From positions 112,132 to 176,131 of the forward strand of contig CAXXUO010000008.1 in assembly GCA_963666485.2 (NCBI GenBank): DNA of 64,000 nt, given 5' to 3'. A model generated the notes under the pieces. It was not told where the DNA came from. It saw only the letters and a list, made by a program, of their open reading frames with translations, and did not search any database. Both the position numbers and the translations under genes were made by a program. The DNA is from Syntrophorhabdaceae bacterium (GTDB lineage: Bacteria > Desulfobacterota > Syntrophorhabdia > Syntrophorhabdales > Syntrophorhabdaceae). Within the stretch, counting starts at the first letter, position 1. Every line of letters begins with the position of its first letter. Positions 44,577-55,046 of this stretch are shown one piece after another.

Positions 44577-45266
44577 CTAAATTATGTCGGACCTTTCCAC
44601 GTGGCGGTACTCCCCGGGCTTTAAATCCTGAATGTTCAATTTACCTATTCTCACCCGGATGAGCTTCAATACGGGGTGACCGAGGGCATCGCCCATCTTT
44701 CTGATCATCCGGTTCTTCCCTTCATTCACCACGATCGCGTACCAGACATTGGCGGACGATCTTTTTGCGAGACGAACAGTCTCGGCTTTGTAGACGGATC
44801 CCTCGATAGTGATCCCTCTTTTCATCCTGCCTACCGTGTCCCTGTCCAGGATGCCCTTGAATTTGACCAGGTATTCTTTCGTGATATTGTGGCTGGGATG
44901 CATGACCTCGTTGGCAAGGTCGCCATCGTTCGTAAAGATCATCAATCCTTCCGAATGATAATCGAGCCGGCCGACCGGGTAGAGCCTGAGATCATGCTTG
45001 ATCAGGTTCCGGGCCAGCTTGCGGCCCTTCGGGTCCTTGAGGTCCGATATGTAGCCGTCGGGCTTATTGAGGGCGATATAGACCTTTATCGTCTGTGCGC
45101 TTAAGGCCGACCCGTCGCACGTGACGATATCTTTAGGTCCGACCTGTTGAGACAGAGACGACGCAGGAATATTGTTTATCTTTATCCTGCCCTCGTGGAT
45201 CAGTGACTCGGCTTGCCTGCGGGGGAATTGTCCTGTGCGCGATAAGAACCTGACGAGGCTTTCCAT
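44577..45266 (-). CDS. RsuA/RluB-family rRNA pseudouridine synthase
   Basis: S4 domain, LNKP.GY, PVGRLD..SEGL, EGKNR.IR. Confidence 0.92.
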   Translation of the reverse strand: MESLVRFLSRTGQFPRRQAESLIHEGRIKINNIPASSLSQQVGPKDIVTCDGSALSAQTIKVYIALNKPDGYISDLKDPKGRKLARNLIKHDLRLYPVGRLDYHSEGLMIFTNDGDLANEVMHPSHNITKEYLVKFKGILDRDTVGRMKRGITIEGSVYKAETVRLAKRSSANVWYAIVVNEGKNRMIRKMGDALGHPVLKLIRVRIGKLNIQDLKPGEYRHVERSDII

Positions 45267-45293
45267 CTCATAGTATACAGTATTGACGGAACT

Positions 45294-46625
45294 CTAGTCT
45301 TTAAAAACCTCTATCGGGGTCGTTGTCTCCCTCTTCAGAACGGGCTTCACGATCGTGGATGTCCGGCTTGATTTGCGGTAGACGTTGAAAACAAGGTTGT
45401 CCCGCTTCGGCAACGGATTGGCCGTGACCTCTATGACGATATCGTCCGGGTTCTCCACGGATATTATCATTGTCTTCTTCACTACGTTCGAATCGGGCAA
45501 AGTCATGAGAAAGGCGTCGTTCATGAACAGGCCCTTGCTGTATGACGCCGTGATGGTGTGCTCTCCTGTCGTCAGGGGGACGCTGAATTCAGTGAACTTA
45601 TCGAATTTGACAGGGTTCCCGTCGATAACGACCGTGAAATTGACCGGTACCACGATGTTGAATTCGGACCTTTTCAGCGTGGATTCCAGGATCGGGTTGC
45701 CGCGGGTCTCATCGGCGAGTATCGTATTCCTCTCATCCCGGCTCTGGGCCTTGTACTGCACAGGTTTGAACACTATGTCGCATTTGACGATCTGCTCTTT
45801 CTTCTTCGGCTGGTAAGGCACGACAACCTTTGCCGTCATGGCGGTATAAGGCTGGGCAGGCACGACCGTATCGACAACAATGTCTTCGTACGTCTTGTCG
45901 ACCTTGTAGTAAGATATCTGGATCTTGTCGCCCACTATCTTGTAGGTCCCCGACACGATCACATCGATGTTGTCTTTCTTGAGATAGTCTTCTATAGTTT
46001 TCGTGTATTCGTCATATTCCCCCGGAAGATATGCGGCCAGGGCAGGGCTAATCAGCCTGCTTGCCGGCTGCAGTCGCGGCTTCTGGGACCCTATCTTGAT
46101 GAACTCTTTCCGTATCTTCTGGGAAAACTCCGTGACATTGTTCTTCTCGTCAAACATCTCCCACCCGTAGATCTTGATCTTTTTTTCAGGCGGGTACGGC
46201 TCGACGATCTTCGATATCAGGGTAAAAATGCCCGGGTAAAGAAGAGCGTCATCATATACAAGCTTCGGAAGGGTAACAATGTCTTTCCCTATTTCACGGC
46301 GCATCTCGATGACCTGGCATACGCTTCTCGTTTCATATATCTCGACCACGGCACATCTGCCGATAGGGTCCGATCGCATTGTATCGAGCTTGGAGTATAT
46401 CGTGAAGATATCACCTTTGATAACGCCCATTCTGCTGCCGAGGTTGGTGAAGGCCTTATCGCCTAAAAGCATTTTGAACTTGCCTTCGAGGCTTTCCGTG
46501 ATCCTGCCGGCAACGATATTGTCCGGGACCTTTTCGGCGGCAGCGCTATCCTGGTCCGCGGCCAGGCAGGTATACCCCGGCACGAGCACCGATATGAATA
46601 GTATAAATGCGAGTATGGCTTTCAT
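45294..46625 (-). CDS. Exported hypothetical protein directly downstream of pilQ
   Basis: Signal peptide; NLGSRMGVIKGDIFTIY beta motif resembling FlgT C-terminal domains (tentative). Confidence 0.75.
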   Translation of the reverse strand: MKAILAFILFISVLVPGYTCLAADQDSAAAEKVPDNIVAGRITESLEGKFKMLLGDKAFTNLGSRMGVIKGDIFTIYSKLDTMRSDPIGRCAVVEIYETRSVCQVIEMRREIGKDIVTLPKLVYDDALLYPGIFTLISKIVEPYPPEKKIKIYGWEMFDEKNNVTEFSQKIRKEFIKIGSQKPRLQPASRLISPALAAYLPGEYDEYTKTIEDYLKKDNIDVIVSGTYKIVGDKIQISYYKVDKTYEDIVVDTVVPAQPYTAMTAKVVVPYQPKKKEQIVKCDIVFKPVQYKAQSRDERNTILADETRGNPILESTLKRSEFNIVVPVNFTVVIDGNPVKFDKFTEFSVPLTTGEHTITASYSKGLFMNDAFLMTLPDSNVVKKTMIISVENPDDIVIEVTANPLPKRDNLVFNVYRKSSRTSTIVKPVLKRETTTPIEVFKD

Positions 46626-48083
46626 TTATCCCTCTGTGTTATAGAGATTCTTTACAACCCTTGGCGTAATGAAGATAAGAAGTTCGGTCCGCTTATCCAG
46701 GGTTGTCTGTTTTTTGAACAGCCAGCCAAGCAGCGGTATGTTCTTGAGTCCCGGGATCCCGTTCTCGGATGAACCCTCTTCACGTTCATATATGCCGCCG
46801 ATCACCGCCGTTTCACCGTCTCTCACGTAGAGCAGCGTCGACGCCTGTTTCTTATCGATCGTCGGCACGCCTTCCGATGTGTTGACAAAGTCTGCCTGGT
46901 CCTTCTTTGCCAGGATCTCCAGCCGGATAAATCCATCCTTGGTAAGAGAGGGTGTCACTTCAAGGCCCAGTACAGCCTCTGCGAACTGTGTCTGGGTGCC
47001 GGAGTTGGAATAGGTCTTATACGGGATAGATTTTCCCTGTTGTATAATGGCCTTTTTATTGTCCGATGTGATGACCTTCGGATTCGACAGTATCCTGCCC
47101 TGTCCTTCATCTTCGAGGGCCGACAGCTGGACGTCGAGCTGAAAGGAGTCCGTGGCGCTGCCGATATAAAAACCGAGTATACCGCCCGCACCTCCCCCCG
47201 CGACAGCCGCAGGCAGGTTGATATTATACGGTATCGCGCTTCCGCCGCCGTTCCTGAAACCGAGCAGGTCGACGGTCGAATTGACCGTGGTCCCCGTGTC
47301 CGAAACGCTTGTCGCATACCGCCCGCCGGTTATCAGGACCTCTTTGTTCCCGAGGGCCCCCGAGGTCTGGCTCGAATTTATACCCCACTGGATACCCAGC
47401 TGCCGGGAAAAATTCGTATTGGCCTGCACTATCTTGCAGTCGATCTGTATCTGGTTCGGTTTCCTGTCATGCTCCCTTACGATCCGGACCATGTTTGCGA
47501 CGTTCTCTCGGGTATCTTTGATGATGAGCGCATTGTTCCACTGGACCTGGGTGATCGTCCCGTACTCCGACAGGAAGCCTTTCGGCGGCTGGCCCGCCAC
47601 GACCTGCGTCGTCAGGAGGCCGCCCCTGAGCATCCTTTCCATGTCCGCCGGGTTAACATAGTTCAGGTAGACAGTTTCCGTAACGAACTCCTCACCCAGT
47701 TTCTGCCGCTCTATGCGGTCCTTGCGGAACGTGTCCCGCTCGACCATTTTTCTCTTGGTCTCGTCTTCGTACTCTTTCGCCGTTACGATACGAATGACGC
47801 TATCCGCCTCTATCTTCCTCAACCCCGCCGTCTCGACGATGAGATCGAGCGCGTCATCCCAGTAGACATTGTCGAGCTTCATCGTGATCTTGCCTTTGAC
47901 CGCGTCCGAGATAACGATGTTCTTCGACGATACCTCGGCGAGGATACGGACCACGTTCCTCACGTCAGCATCCATAAAATCAAAAGACACTCGTGACGAA
48001 TCTTTTTTCCCGGATTGGCCAAAGCATATTAAGGGTATGACCAAAAGTATCAGAAAAAGTAGTACCGCCATTTTTCTCGTCAT
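46626..48083 (-). CDS. pilQ: Type IV pilus secretin, short form
   Basis: VSFDFMDADVRNV, QIQIDCKIVQA, LSNPKVIT, IPLLGWLFK, ELLIFITPRVV. Confidence 0.93.
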   Translation of the reverse strand: MTRKMAVLLFLILLVIPLICFGQSGKKDSSRVSFDFMDADVRNVVRILAEVSSKNIVISDAVKGKITMKLDNVYWDDALDLIVETAGLRKIEADSVIRIVTAKEYEDETKRKMVERDTFRKDRIERQKLGEEFVTETVYLNYVNPADMERMLRGGLLTTQVVAGQPPKGFLSEYGTITQVQWNNALIIKDTRENVANMVRIVREHDRKPNQIQIDCKIVQANTNFSRQLGIQWGINSSQTSGALGNKEVLITGGRYATSVSDTGTTVNSTVDLLGFRNGGGSAIPYNINLPAAVAGGGAGGILGFYIGSATDSFQLDVQLSALEDEGQGRILSNPKVITSDNKKAIIQQGKSIPYKTYSNSGTQTQFAEAVLGLEVTPSLTKDGFIRLEILAKKDQADFVNTSEGVPTIDKKQASTLLYVRDGETAVIGGIYEREEGSSENGIPGLKNIPLLGWLFKKQTTLDKRTELLIFITPRVVKNLYNTEG

Positions 48084-48094
48084 ATTTCACCCTT

Positions 48095-48814
48095 TTAATT
48101 TTTCGCGGGGATATTGACCGCAATTTTCTTTATTTCCCCTTTTGCCTTGTATCCCAGCATAACGCCGGTGGCTGAAACATCCATTACCCACAAGTTCTTA
48201 TTTAAGAAATCACCCTTGCGGAAAAAAACGCCTTTTCCCTGTAAATCTTCCATCATGGCGATCATGCCCGTACCGCTCTTGATCACACCGACGAGGCGAA
48301 GCTCTTCGAGCTCATAATCGAGCTTTTCAGCCTTTGCCGGCTTCGCGGCTTTTTTCGATTTATTCCCCGAGGCAGGTTGAACGCTTGCCCCCCGGGATGA
48401 TTTGGCCTTGAGAAGGAGAACGGGTTCGAACGGGTTCCTGGCCTCTTCCGGGTTGAAGGTGAAGTCCTCAACATTATATTTTGGAACCGTTTCCTTCACC
48501 GGTTTCGCTGCCTTCGCGCCGGCGGGCTTTGCGGGCACCGACCCCGGGGCGGTGGCAGGTTTCGCCGCTTCGGCGGACTTCGCCGATTTATCTTCGGGTT
48601 TTGCTGCATCCTGGCCGGGTTTGGCGGCAGGTGCGGACACCTTTGCCGGCGTATCACCCGGTTTCGCCGCCGGGGATGGTACTTTCGCCGGGGCGGCCTG
48701 GCCGGGTTTGGCGGCAGGTGCAGGCGCCTGGGCTGTCTGGGCATAGAGGTACCCCGACAATCCAATCAACAGACACACAAAAATTATGATCAGACTACTT
48801 CTTCGCCGGTTCAT
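48095..48814 (-). CDS. pilP: PilP-like protein with Pro/Ala/Lys-rich linker
   Basis: RNPFEP, YELEELRLVGVI; lies between pilO and pilQ. Confidence 0.85.
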   Translation of the reverse strand: MNRRRSSLIIIFVCLLIGLSGYLYAQTAQAPAPAAKPGQAAPAKVPSPAAKPGDTPAKVSAPAAKPGQDAAKPEDKSAKSAEAAKPATAPGSVPAKPAGAKAAKPVKETVPKYNVEDFTFNPEEARNPFEPVLLLKAKSSRGASVQPASGNKSKKAAKPAKAEKLDYELEELRLVGVIKSGTGMIAMMEDLQGKGVFFRKGDFLNKNLWVMDVSATGVMLGYKAKGEIKKIAVNIPAKN

Positions 48815-49451
48815 TTGCCTTTGGCGCTCCTTTTGGCGGTGCTCCTGCTCCGGCCTGTTTGGCGGCACCTTCCTTCTGATACATGTAGGCGCTCGCATCG
48901 CAGGACCCTTCGATCACGACATTGTTCGGGGGCCCCTTTGCCTCGAATGCGAAATCGGTAATGCTTATGATACGTTCCTGTTTCCTCACCCCATCGAGAA
49001 ACGAGGCGAGGTTCTTAAAATTACCCTGAAGTTTCATTTCAAAAGGCAATTCCGAATAAAAATCTTTCGACTTGATCATCTTCGGTTCAAACTGCCTGAC
49101 TTTCAGCCGGGACTCCTCGCTGACCATCGTCACGTTCCTGAGGAGGTTGGGGATGTCCTTCGATTCGGGAAGCTGCCGGAGCATCTCCTGCATGGCCTCC
49201 TGCACTTTGGCATATTCCTGGCGATGTTTCGCAATGTCCCGTTTTATGGCTTTGAGCTTGTCCAGTTCGGCCCTCAGGTCGCTTGCCTCCTTGGCAACTT
49301 TGGCCTTTGTTTCGAGCTGGGGCATCATCACGAAATAATAGAGGAGCCCCACAACGACCAGGACGAGCACCACCATGACGATGAGCACGTACTTCTGCGG
49401 TATCTTCTCTATCTTTTTTCCGAGGTTTTTCGGTTCGAATCCGAGATTCAT
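48795..49451 (-). CDS. pilO: Type IV pilus assembly protein
   Basis: QLPESKDIPNLL, FYSELPFEM, ERII. Confidence 0.92.
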   Translation of the reverse strand: MNLGFEPKNLGKKIEKIPQKYVLIVMVVLVLVVVGLLYYFVMMPQLETKAKVAKEASDLRAELDKLKAIKRDIAKHRQEYAKVQEAMQEMLRQLPESKDIPNLLRNVTMVSEESRLKVRQFEPKMIKSKDFYSELPFEMKLQGNFKNLASFLDGVRKQERIISITDFAFEAKGPPNNVVIEGSCDASAYMYQKEGAAKQAGAGAPPKGAPKANEPAKK

Positions 49452-49984
49452 AGCGACATAGTCCCCTGGATGATAAATTTCTTCACCACGAGCCCCTCTT
49501 CGGTGACATCCTGGATGCTCTTAAGTTCAACATTTTTCATGTAGGGCAGTTTCGAGATGCTTTCCATGAACTCCGAAATGGATTCATTGACCATGGACCT
49601 GCCATCGATCTCGAATTTGTCGCCTTTCTTCTTGAACGACTTGAGCCAGACGCCTTCCTTCATTGTTGTCGACAGGTCGTACAGAGACCGCGCAGCCAGT
49701 GCCCGGCCGGCCTTGAGCTGGTTGACCACTTTTATCCTGCGCTCTATCTCCGCCTTCGCCTTCTGCATCTGCTGGTATTCCTGGTAGATGGGCTGAAGGG
49801 CCGCTATCTCCGTCTTCGCGGACTGAATATTGCGCTCATAATCGCCAATTTCCCGCTGGTTGTACACGTAGGCCGCCCAGAAGAATATGTTCCCTATAAT
49901 GAGGAGCAGGACAAAAGTGACGATATGCGTCTTAAGGGCGCTTGCCTTGGATTTCTTGTAGGGTAGAAGGTTTATTTTTATCAT
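49448..49984 (-). CDS. pilN: Type IV pilus assembly protein
   Basis: MIKINLLP motif, TM, coiled coil. Confidence 0.93.
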   Translation of the reverse strand: MIKINLLPYKKSKASALKTHIVTFVLLLIIGNIFFWAAYVYNQREIGDYERNIQSAKTEIAALQPIYQEYQQMQKAKAEIERRIKVVNQLKAGRALAARSLYDLSTTMKEGVWLKSFKKKGDKFEIDGRSMVNESISEFMESISKLPYMKNVELKSIQDVTEEGLVVKKFIIQGTMSL

Positions 49985-49993
49985 GTCATACCA

Positions 49994-51685
49994 TCACAGC
50001 TCGAGCACCCTCGTAGACAGGTACATGGGCACTACCATGACTTCCTTGAACTCGTCGTACATTGCCGGATTACCATCCTGTATCAGCATGAACGGATTGA
50101 TCACCTCTACGGGTATGCCCGTCTCGTCAACGATCTTCTCTTTAATGCCCGGCAGAAGCGATGACCCGCCGGTAACGAATATCCTGCCGATGTTCTCTTT
50201 CGGCTTGGTTGCAAGATAGAAACGGACGGTCTTGTTGATCTCCGACGAGATATTGAATATGAAATCTTCGAACAGGTACATTACGTCCGCATCCGCCGTT
50301 ATCTTCTTTTCCTCGGCTTCCTTGAACTTTACCTTGATCGATTTCTGGATCTGGCTTGTCAGGTATTTGCCGCCCATGAGGATCTCGCGGGTGAACTCGA
50401 TATTCTCGCCGTTCAGGATCGCGATGTTCGTCACGGATGCACCGATGTCGACGATGAGCACCGAATATTCCTTCGGGGCGTACAGCTGTTCGACAACGTT
50501 CGATATGCCGAACATGTCGACATCGAGAATGTAGAGGCTCAATCCCGCCATATTGAACGTCGCGATATACGCGTCGACGATCTCCCTCTTGACCGCCACG
50601 ATCTTGACATTCATCATCGTCGACCTTTCCGGGTCGGGACCTATGATCGAGTAGGTGTAATAAATGTCCTTCATCGGGAAAGGAATGGCGTTCTCCACCT
50701 CGGAGCCTATGCTATTCTCCAGGGCGTCCTCATCCATCTGCGGCATGCTGATCTTCTTCGAGATGACCGAATAACTGGAGAGGGCGCAGGCGGCGTTCTT
50801 CGACTTGATATTATTTTCCTGGAATAGTGTCTTGATCTCCTGCGCGAGAAATTCAATATCCACAATGTGACCATCGCTGATGAGTTCCTGCTCGTACGTC
50901 TTCTTGACGATGTTCCGTATGGAAAAGAACCCCTTCATGTTGCCGAGGCTGCAGATCTTGATGGAGCTCGTACCGATATCGATCCCGACAAGTTCATCGA
51001 TCTGCTTGACAATGAAACTGCTGAACATTCCCGACTGCTTTATCGAATCGAACATGCCTCGTTTTGCCTTGACCTTCTTTTTTGTCTTGGGATCATCATT
51101 TCCTGCAGGCTGCACAGGCGCAGCTTCCAGGGTTTCCGGCAGGGGGTCTGCGGGTGCGGCGGGCGATGCTTCGCTCATATTCGCACCGGTAGCGGCTGCG
51201 TTCGCGCCGAAGGCCTGGGACGCATATGCCAGTGCCGGGTCGACAGGTCCGGGGGTCGTTTCCACGAATGTATCGCCGGCCGGCTCAGCCGGAAAAGGCT
51301 CCGGTTGGGCGGCATACGAGGACCGTCGGGCAGGCGTTGACGAATCGAACGCAAGGACGAAGACAGGGACCCCGAAAAGCAGGGTCAGGATACCCCACAC
51401 CCAGTAGTTCTTCCCGAGGCGCTCCGCAATGCTCCCCCACACGTTGATTATCGAATAGATATTGATCGGGAATATCATCATTCCCAGCACATTCCAGGCG
51501 GACACGTTGCCGCACCTGCACATGAGCACCGCATTATATATAGGAACGAGATAATGCCAGAATGGCTCGCCCAGGGAGAACTTCTGCCCGATCCTGTAGA
51601 TCACGTAGGTCATGACAAGATAGACCACAACAAACACGATTAAGAACATTGGCCCAAAAGCTTCAGTTGGATTCGCCATAACCAC
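49994..51685 (-). CDS. pilM: PilM with a fused N-terminal multi-TM domain and Pro/Ala-rich linker
   Basis: Actin-like motifs VGIDIGTSSIK, IVDIGASVT, VTGGSS, INPF in the C-terminal ~340 aa; hydrophobic N-terminal ~115 aa. Confidence 0.85.
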   Translation of the reverse strand: MVMANPTEAFGPMFLIVFVVVYLVMTYVIYRIGQKFSLGEPFWHYLVPIYNAVLMCRCGNVSAWNVLGMMIFPINIYSIINVWGSIAERLGKNYWVWGILTLLFGVPVFVLAFDSSTPARRSSYAAQPEPFPAEPAGDTFVETTPGPVDPALAYASQAFGANAAATGANMSEASPAAPADPLPETLEAAPVQPAGNDDPKTKKKVKAKRGMFDSIKQSGMFSSFIVKQIDELVGIDIGTSSIKICSLGNMKGFFSIRNIVKKTYEQELISDGHIVDIEFLAQEIKTLFQENNIKSKNAACALSSYSVISKKISMPQMDEDALENSIGSEVENAIPFPMKDIYYTYSIIGPDPERSTMMNVKIVAVKREIVDAYIATFNMAGLSLYILDVDMFGISNVVEQLYAPKEYSVLIVDIGASVTNIAILNGENIEFTREILMGGKYLTSQIQKSIKVKFKEAEEKKITADADVMYLFEDFIFNISSEINKTVRFYLATKPKENIGRIFVTGGSSLLPGIKEKIVDETGIPVEVINPFMLIQDGNPAMYDEFKEVMVVPMYLSTRVLEL

Positions 51686-51843
51686 CCTGTGTTAAAGTTA
51701 CAGGCCCTCGAGATTCCGGGCCGCCCAGCATGCCACATTACTTTGTTTTACCCGGCACCGCACAAGGGCCGGCCCTTCCCCGGGCAAAACGGCCGCGCTA
51801 TAGAATGAGTATTGACGGGAGTGCGCGGCTTATCGGTTCTATC

Positions 51844-51883
51844 ATGTTGACAAGCTAACAAAAGGTCATTTTTTTGTCAACAT
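51844..51883 (-). promoter_or_regulatory. Probable pilMNOPQ promoter within a 10-bp inverted repeat
   Basis: ATGTTGACAA-N20-TTGTCAACAT; minus strand TTGACA-17bp-TAGCTT. Confidence 0.55.
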
Positions 51884-52057
51884 AATTTTTTAATGTTAGG
51901 TGTGATATTAAACACAGTTCCTTGAAGTATTGCGTGTAACACGTTGATATAACAATGTAAATTGTTATAAACAAAAATATTAAAATTTTATAATTATTTG
52001 TAATAATCAATAAAATCAAAGGATCATCTTTCGGATTGGAGAAACTCCTTGAATGAT

Positions 52058-52864
52058 CTATTTCTGTTCTTCGGGAGGTTTTTGTTCTTCGACAGGTTTG
52101 GGGATATCCACTTTGACCGTATTCGTGGCAATCCCTGATTTTCCGTCACTTATCTTGACCTTGAAGGTTTTCTCCCCGTAATCGTTCTGGCCTACCTGCC
52201 ACGTGATGCGGCCGGTCTGGGAGTTTATGGTCATACCCTGGGGCGCGTCCTCGAGTGCATACGTGAGGGTGTCACCATCCGGATCGGACCCCGTGACCTG
52301 GTAGACGAAGGTTTTGCCGTCAAAGCTTACCTGTTTCGACTCCGTCACTTCGGGGGGCATGTTGTTGACGAGGAAATCCAGGAACCGGGCCTGGCCGGGC
52401 TTGTCGCCCTCGACGGGCGTCACCTTGACCCCGACCCTGTCCGCGCGCTTGAAACCGGTGAAACGGTCAGTTCCGTCGCCGACGGGCTGACCGTTCAACG
52501 TCCAGTCGAACTTGTACAGAACCTCACGGCCGTCGGTGCCGGTCGCCTTTTCGATGACAACTTTGATCGTCGCCTTGCCGTCGACCGTTTCCAGCTGCAA
52601 CCTTGCCCTCGCCACGGCCATCTGGACGCTGCCCTCTGCCCCGTCCGCCGCCGGGTTCTCAGCCGTGCCCTGCTGCTGTCCCGCTGCAGGGCCGGCGGCC
52701 GGGCCGGAAGGATTTTGAAAAAAGTAATACGTCATAATACCAACGACAAGAACGAGGATAACAATAACGGCAATGATGACAGGCCTGGTGCTCATCGGCC
52801 TGACCGGCTTGATCGGTTTCCGCACTGGCCGCACTGGTTTCTTTAACGGTGCTTTAGTAGGCAT
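52058..52864 (-). CDS. Membrane-anchored Ig/cadherin-like domain protein
   Basis: TM; DPDGDTLTYAL..APQGMTINSQTGRITW pattern. Confidence 0.8.
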   Translation of the reverse strand: MPTKAPLKKPVRPVRKPIKPVRPMSTRPVIIAVIVILVLVVGIMTYYFFQNPSGPAAGPAAGQQQGTAENPAADGAEGSVQMAVARARLQLETVDGKATIKVVIEKATGTDGREVLYKFDWTLNGQPVGDGTDRFTGFKRADRVGVKVTPVEGDKPGQARFLDFLVNNMPPEVTESKQVSFDGKTFVYQVTGSDPDGDTLTYALEDAPQGMTINSQTGRITWQVGQNDYGEKTFKVKISDGKSGIATNTVKVDIPKPVEEQKPPEEQK

Positions 52865-53504
52865 ACAGGACTTCTATATTGACGCGCTCAGCGGTGCTTC
52901 CCTGCTGCCGCGCATCGGTTACGATGGTATACAGGAACGGGAAATGCTGGATCCGGATGAGTGACGAGGCATCGTCCACGACGCCGCTGCCGAGGTCCAG
53001 AACAACGCCCGTCTTATCCGAATTGCCGGAAACAGTATCGATTATCTTCATGCTGACCACATACGGTTTCACCTGGTCCGATTTACCCTTCAGGTTGAAA
53101 ACTATGTCGGGGTTCGTTATCGGGTCCGATCCCGAATCACATGTCCCGCCGGGCCAGCCTGACGTTGTCGTCGTGAGCTTTGTCATAAAACAGGTATCTT
53201 TTCCGGCATCAACCGCTACAACAGGAAGAACGGCGGCCGGCTTAACGAGTGAACCGACCGCGGACGACAGGGTGGTCCCGCCCAGGACACGGGGCAAAAG
53301 GTCTTTCGTCAGTACGTCGACTGCGCCAAGGGACGCTTCTTTCGAGGTCTGGTATTTCCTCTGCAGACCGGAAACCTCTGTCCCCGTGAGAGAAAAATAC
53401 ATCACAGCCGCAAATATACCGGCCGCGACGGAAACCACGATAAGGGCCATTACAAGCGCCACGCCTTTTTCTCTTCCGCCTTTTTTCAAATCATGCCGAT
53501 GCAT
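52854..53504 (-). CDS. pilX: PilX-like minor pilin
   Basis: G|VALVMALIV prepilin site lacking Glu5. Confidence 0.8.
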   Translation of the reverse strand: MHRHDLKKGGREKGVALVMALIVVSVAAGIFAAVMYFSLTGTEVSGLQRKYQTSKEASLGAVDVLTKDLLPRVLGGTTLSSAVGSLVKPAAVLPVVAVDAGKDTCFMTKLTTTTSGWPGGTCDSGSDPITNPDIVFNLKGKSDQVKPYVVSMKIIDTVSGNSDKTGVVLDLGSGVVDDASSLIRIQHFPFLYTIVTDARQQGSTAERVNIEVLYAY

Positions 53505-53525
53505 CGTTGCATCTCCTGTATGTGA

Positions 53526-54635
53526 TCAATAGAAACTCTTCGGCTTGATGACGAGTTTGTACCTGATCCAGCGGTACGATTTCCAGGCGGTAGCCGTCGA
53601 TGTATCCAGCGCGCTCAGGTCAATGGTCGTTCCCAGGGAGGCCGAAGGGCCGAGCGTGACCGACGGCGTCGCGAACTCACTCGTATACCCGCTGTCTTTC
53701 AATCCCTCATGGGCCAGTATATAGATGTGGACCTCTTTAACCTGGGTCTTGATCGTATATGCGTCAAGCCCGGATATATTGTTTGTGAGCAGGTCCGGAA
53801 TGCCGTCCAGGTTCGTATCCAGGTTGAACACGACCTGCATGTTTGCCACGCAATCGATGAGGGGATAGGGGCTGCTCGCGTCACCTATGACATTCTTGAA
53901 AAGCGTGCCTGTGCCCGGCGCGCAATTCGGGTTGGCGGTTGCCGGGGTCCCGACATAGTAATCCGCGCGCGCGAAAGGCATGGTCGGCGCCGTCGTGCCC
54001 AACCCGAACGCAAGAAAACGTTCGCCGGCAGCTACATCCGGCTGGTAGGCCGTGGGCAGATCGGCTGTCGGGCCCGGATATTTGATGGCATAAACCCCGC
54101 CCGAAACAATGAGCGTTGAATTACCCCCGGTAATGACACGCGGTTTGATAATGATCATGTAATCGTTCGTCGTCATATCGAGGTTGATATCGTTCCAGTA
54201 ATGTGCCTTGGTCGTCGTAATATTTGTCCACTTGCCCGCGGCGGTCTGCATTCCCACGGCCGGGGACCGTATGACGAGATAGTCGGAATTTGCAATGTAC
54301 CCGGCCACGGATATATTATTCGAATGCTGTATCGCTTTCGGCACGTTCGGGGTGCTATTGAACGACAGGGCAGGATCGCTCGAAGCCTCGGTATACACGC
54401 TGAGACTGCCCTTGAACTCGTCGGCCAGTCCGAAGCCGGCGTTCGTTACGTCGTTCCTGAGCATCTCGAGGCCTAAAGACGCCTCGAACTGGTTCGTCGT
54501 AATAACGGCCTGTTTCTTCTGGCTCACCACCATGTGCTGAAGCAGTTGGCTCGAAAGCGCCATTACTATCCCCAGGATCGCAACCGCGATGAGCACTTCG
54601 AGCAGGCTGAATCCTTTATCTTTTTTCCTAGTCAT
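53526..54635 (-). CDS. pilW: PilW-like minor pilin
   Basis: G|FSLLEVLIA; DVTNAGF; cluster order. Confidence 0.82.
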   Translation of the reverse strand: MTRKKDKGFSLLEVLIAVAILGIVMALSSQLLQHMVVSQKKQAVITTNQFEASLGLEMLRNDVTNAGFGLADEFKGSLSVYTEASSDPALSFNSTPNVPKAIQHSNNISVAGYIANSDYLVIRSPAVGMQTAAGKWTNITTTKAHYWNDINLDMTTNDYMIIIKPRVITGGNSTLIVSGGVYAIKYPGPTADLPTAYQPDVAAGERFLAFGLGTTAPTMPFARADYYVGTPATANPNCAPGTGTLFKNVIGDASSPYPLIDCVANMQVVFNLDTNLDGIPDLLTNNISGLDAYTIKTQVKEVHIYILAHEGLKDSGYTSEFATPSVTLGPSASLGTTIDLSALDTSTATAWKSYRWIRYKLVIKPKSFY

Positions 54636-54644
54636 GCCTTCACC

Positions 54645-55046
54645 CTAAGCGTCCGTGCTTATAATGGACGCGGCATCATGCCGGTGCGTTATGTTCTTGA
54701 AGACCCACACGACGGCCACCTGGACAGCCACGCTATTCGCCGATATCGAGGTAGGGGTCCACGTTACCGTATACGTTATCGTAAAATTCCTGATGCCGCG
54801 CGCCTGCGTACCGGGAATGACGGCCGTGCCGGACTGTACCTGGGAAAACTGGGAGTTCCTCAAAGTCTCAAGGGTCGCTTCCCCGATGCGCATGGCCTCC
54901 TGGCGCATCTGGTTCTCCATGTTGATCCTGATGTAATTCGTCAACCCGTCGAGCAGCGCCATAAGGCCGATCGACATTATGAGCATGGCGACAAGAAGCT
55001 CGATAAGGGTGAACCCTTTTTTATTGCTGCATACAATCCGCTTCAC
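54645..55046 (-). CDS. pilV: PilV-like minor pilin
   Basis: [18 protein letters not shown]. Confidence 0.82.
   Translation of the reverse strand: MKRIVCSNKKGFTLIELLVAMLIMSIGLMALLDGLTNYIRINMENQMRQEAMRIGEATLETLRNSQFSQVQSGTAVIPGTQARGIRNFTITYTVTWTPTSISANSVAVQVAVVWVFKNITHRHDAASIISTDA

Noticed and set aside
48490..48740. Repeats within pilP
   Set aside because: They encode a PAAKPG low-complexity linker, not a DNA element.
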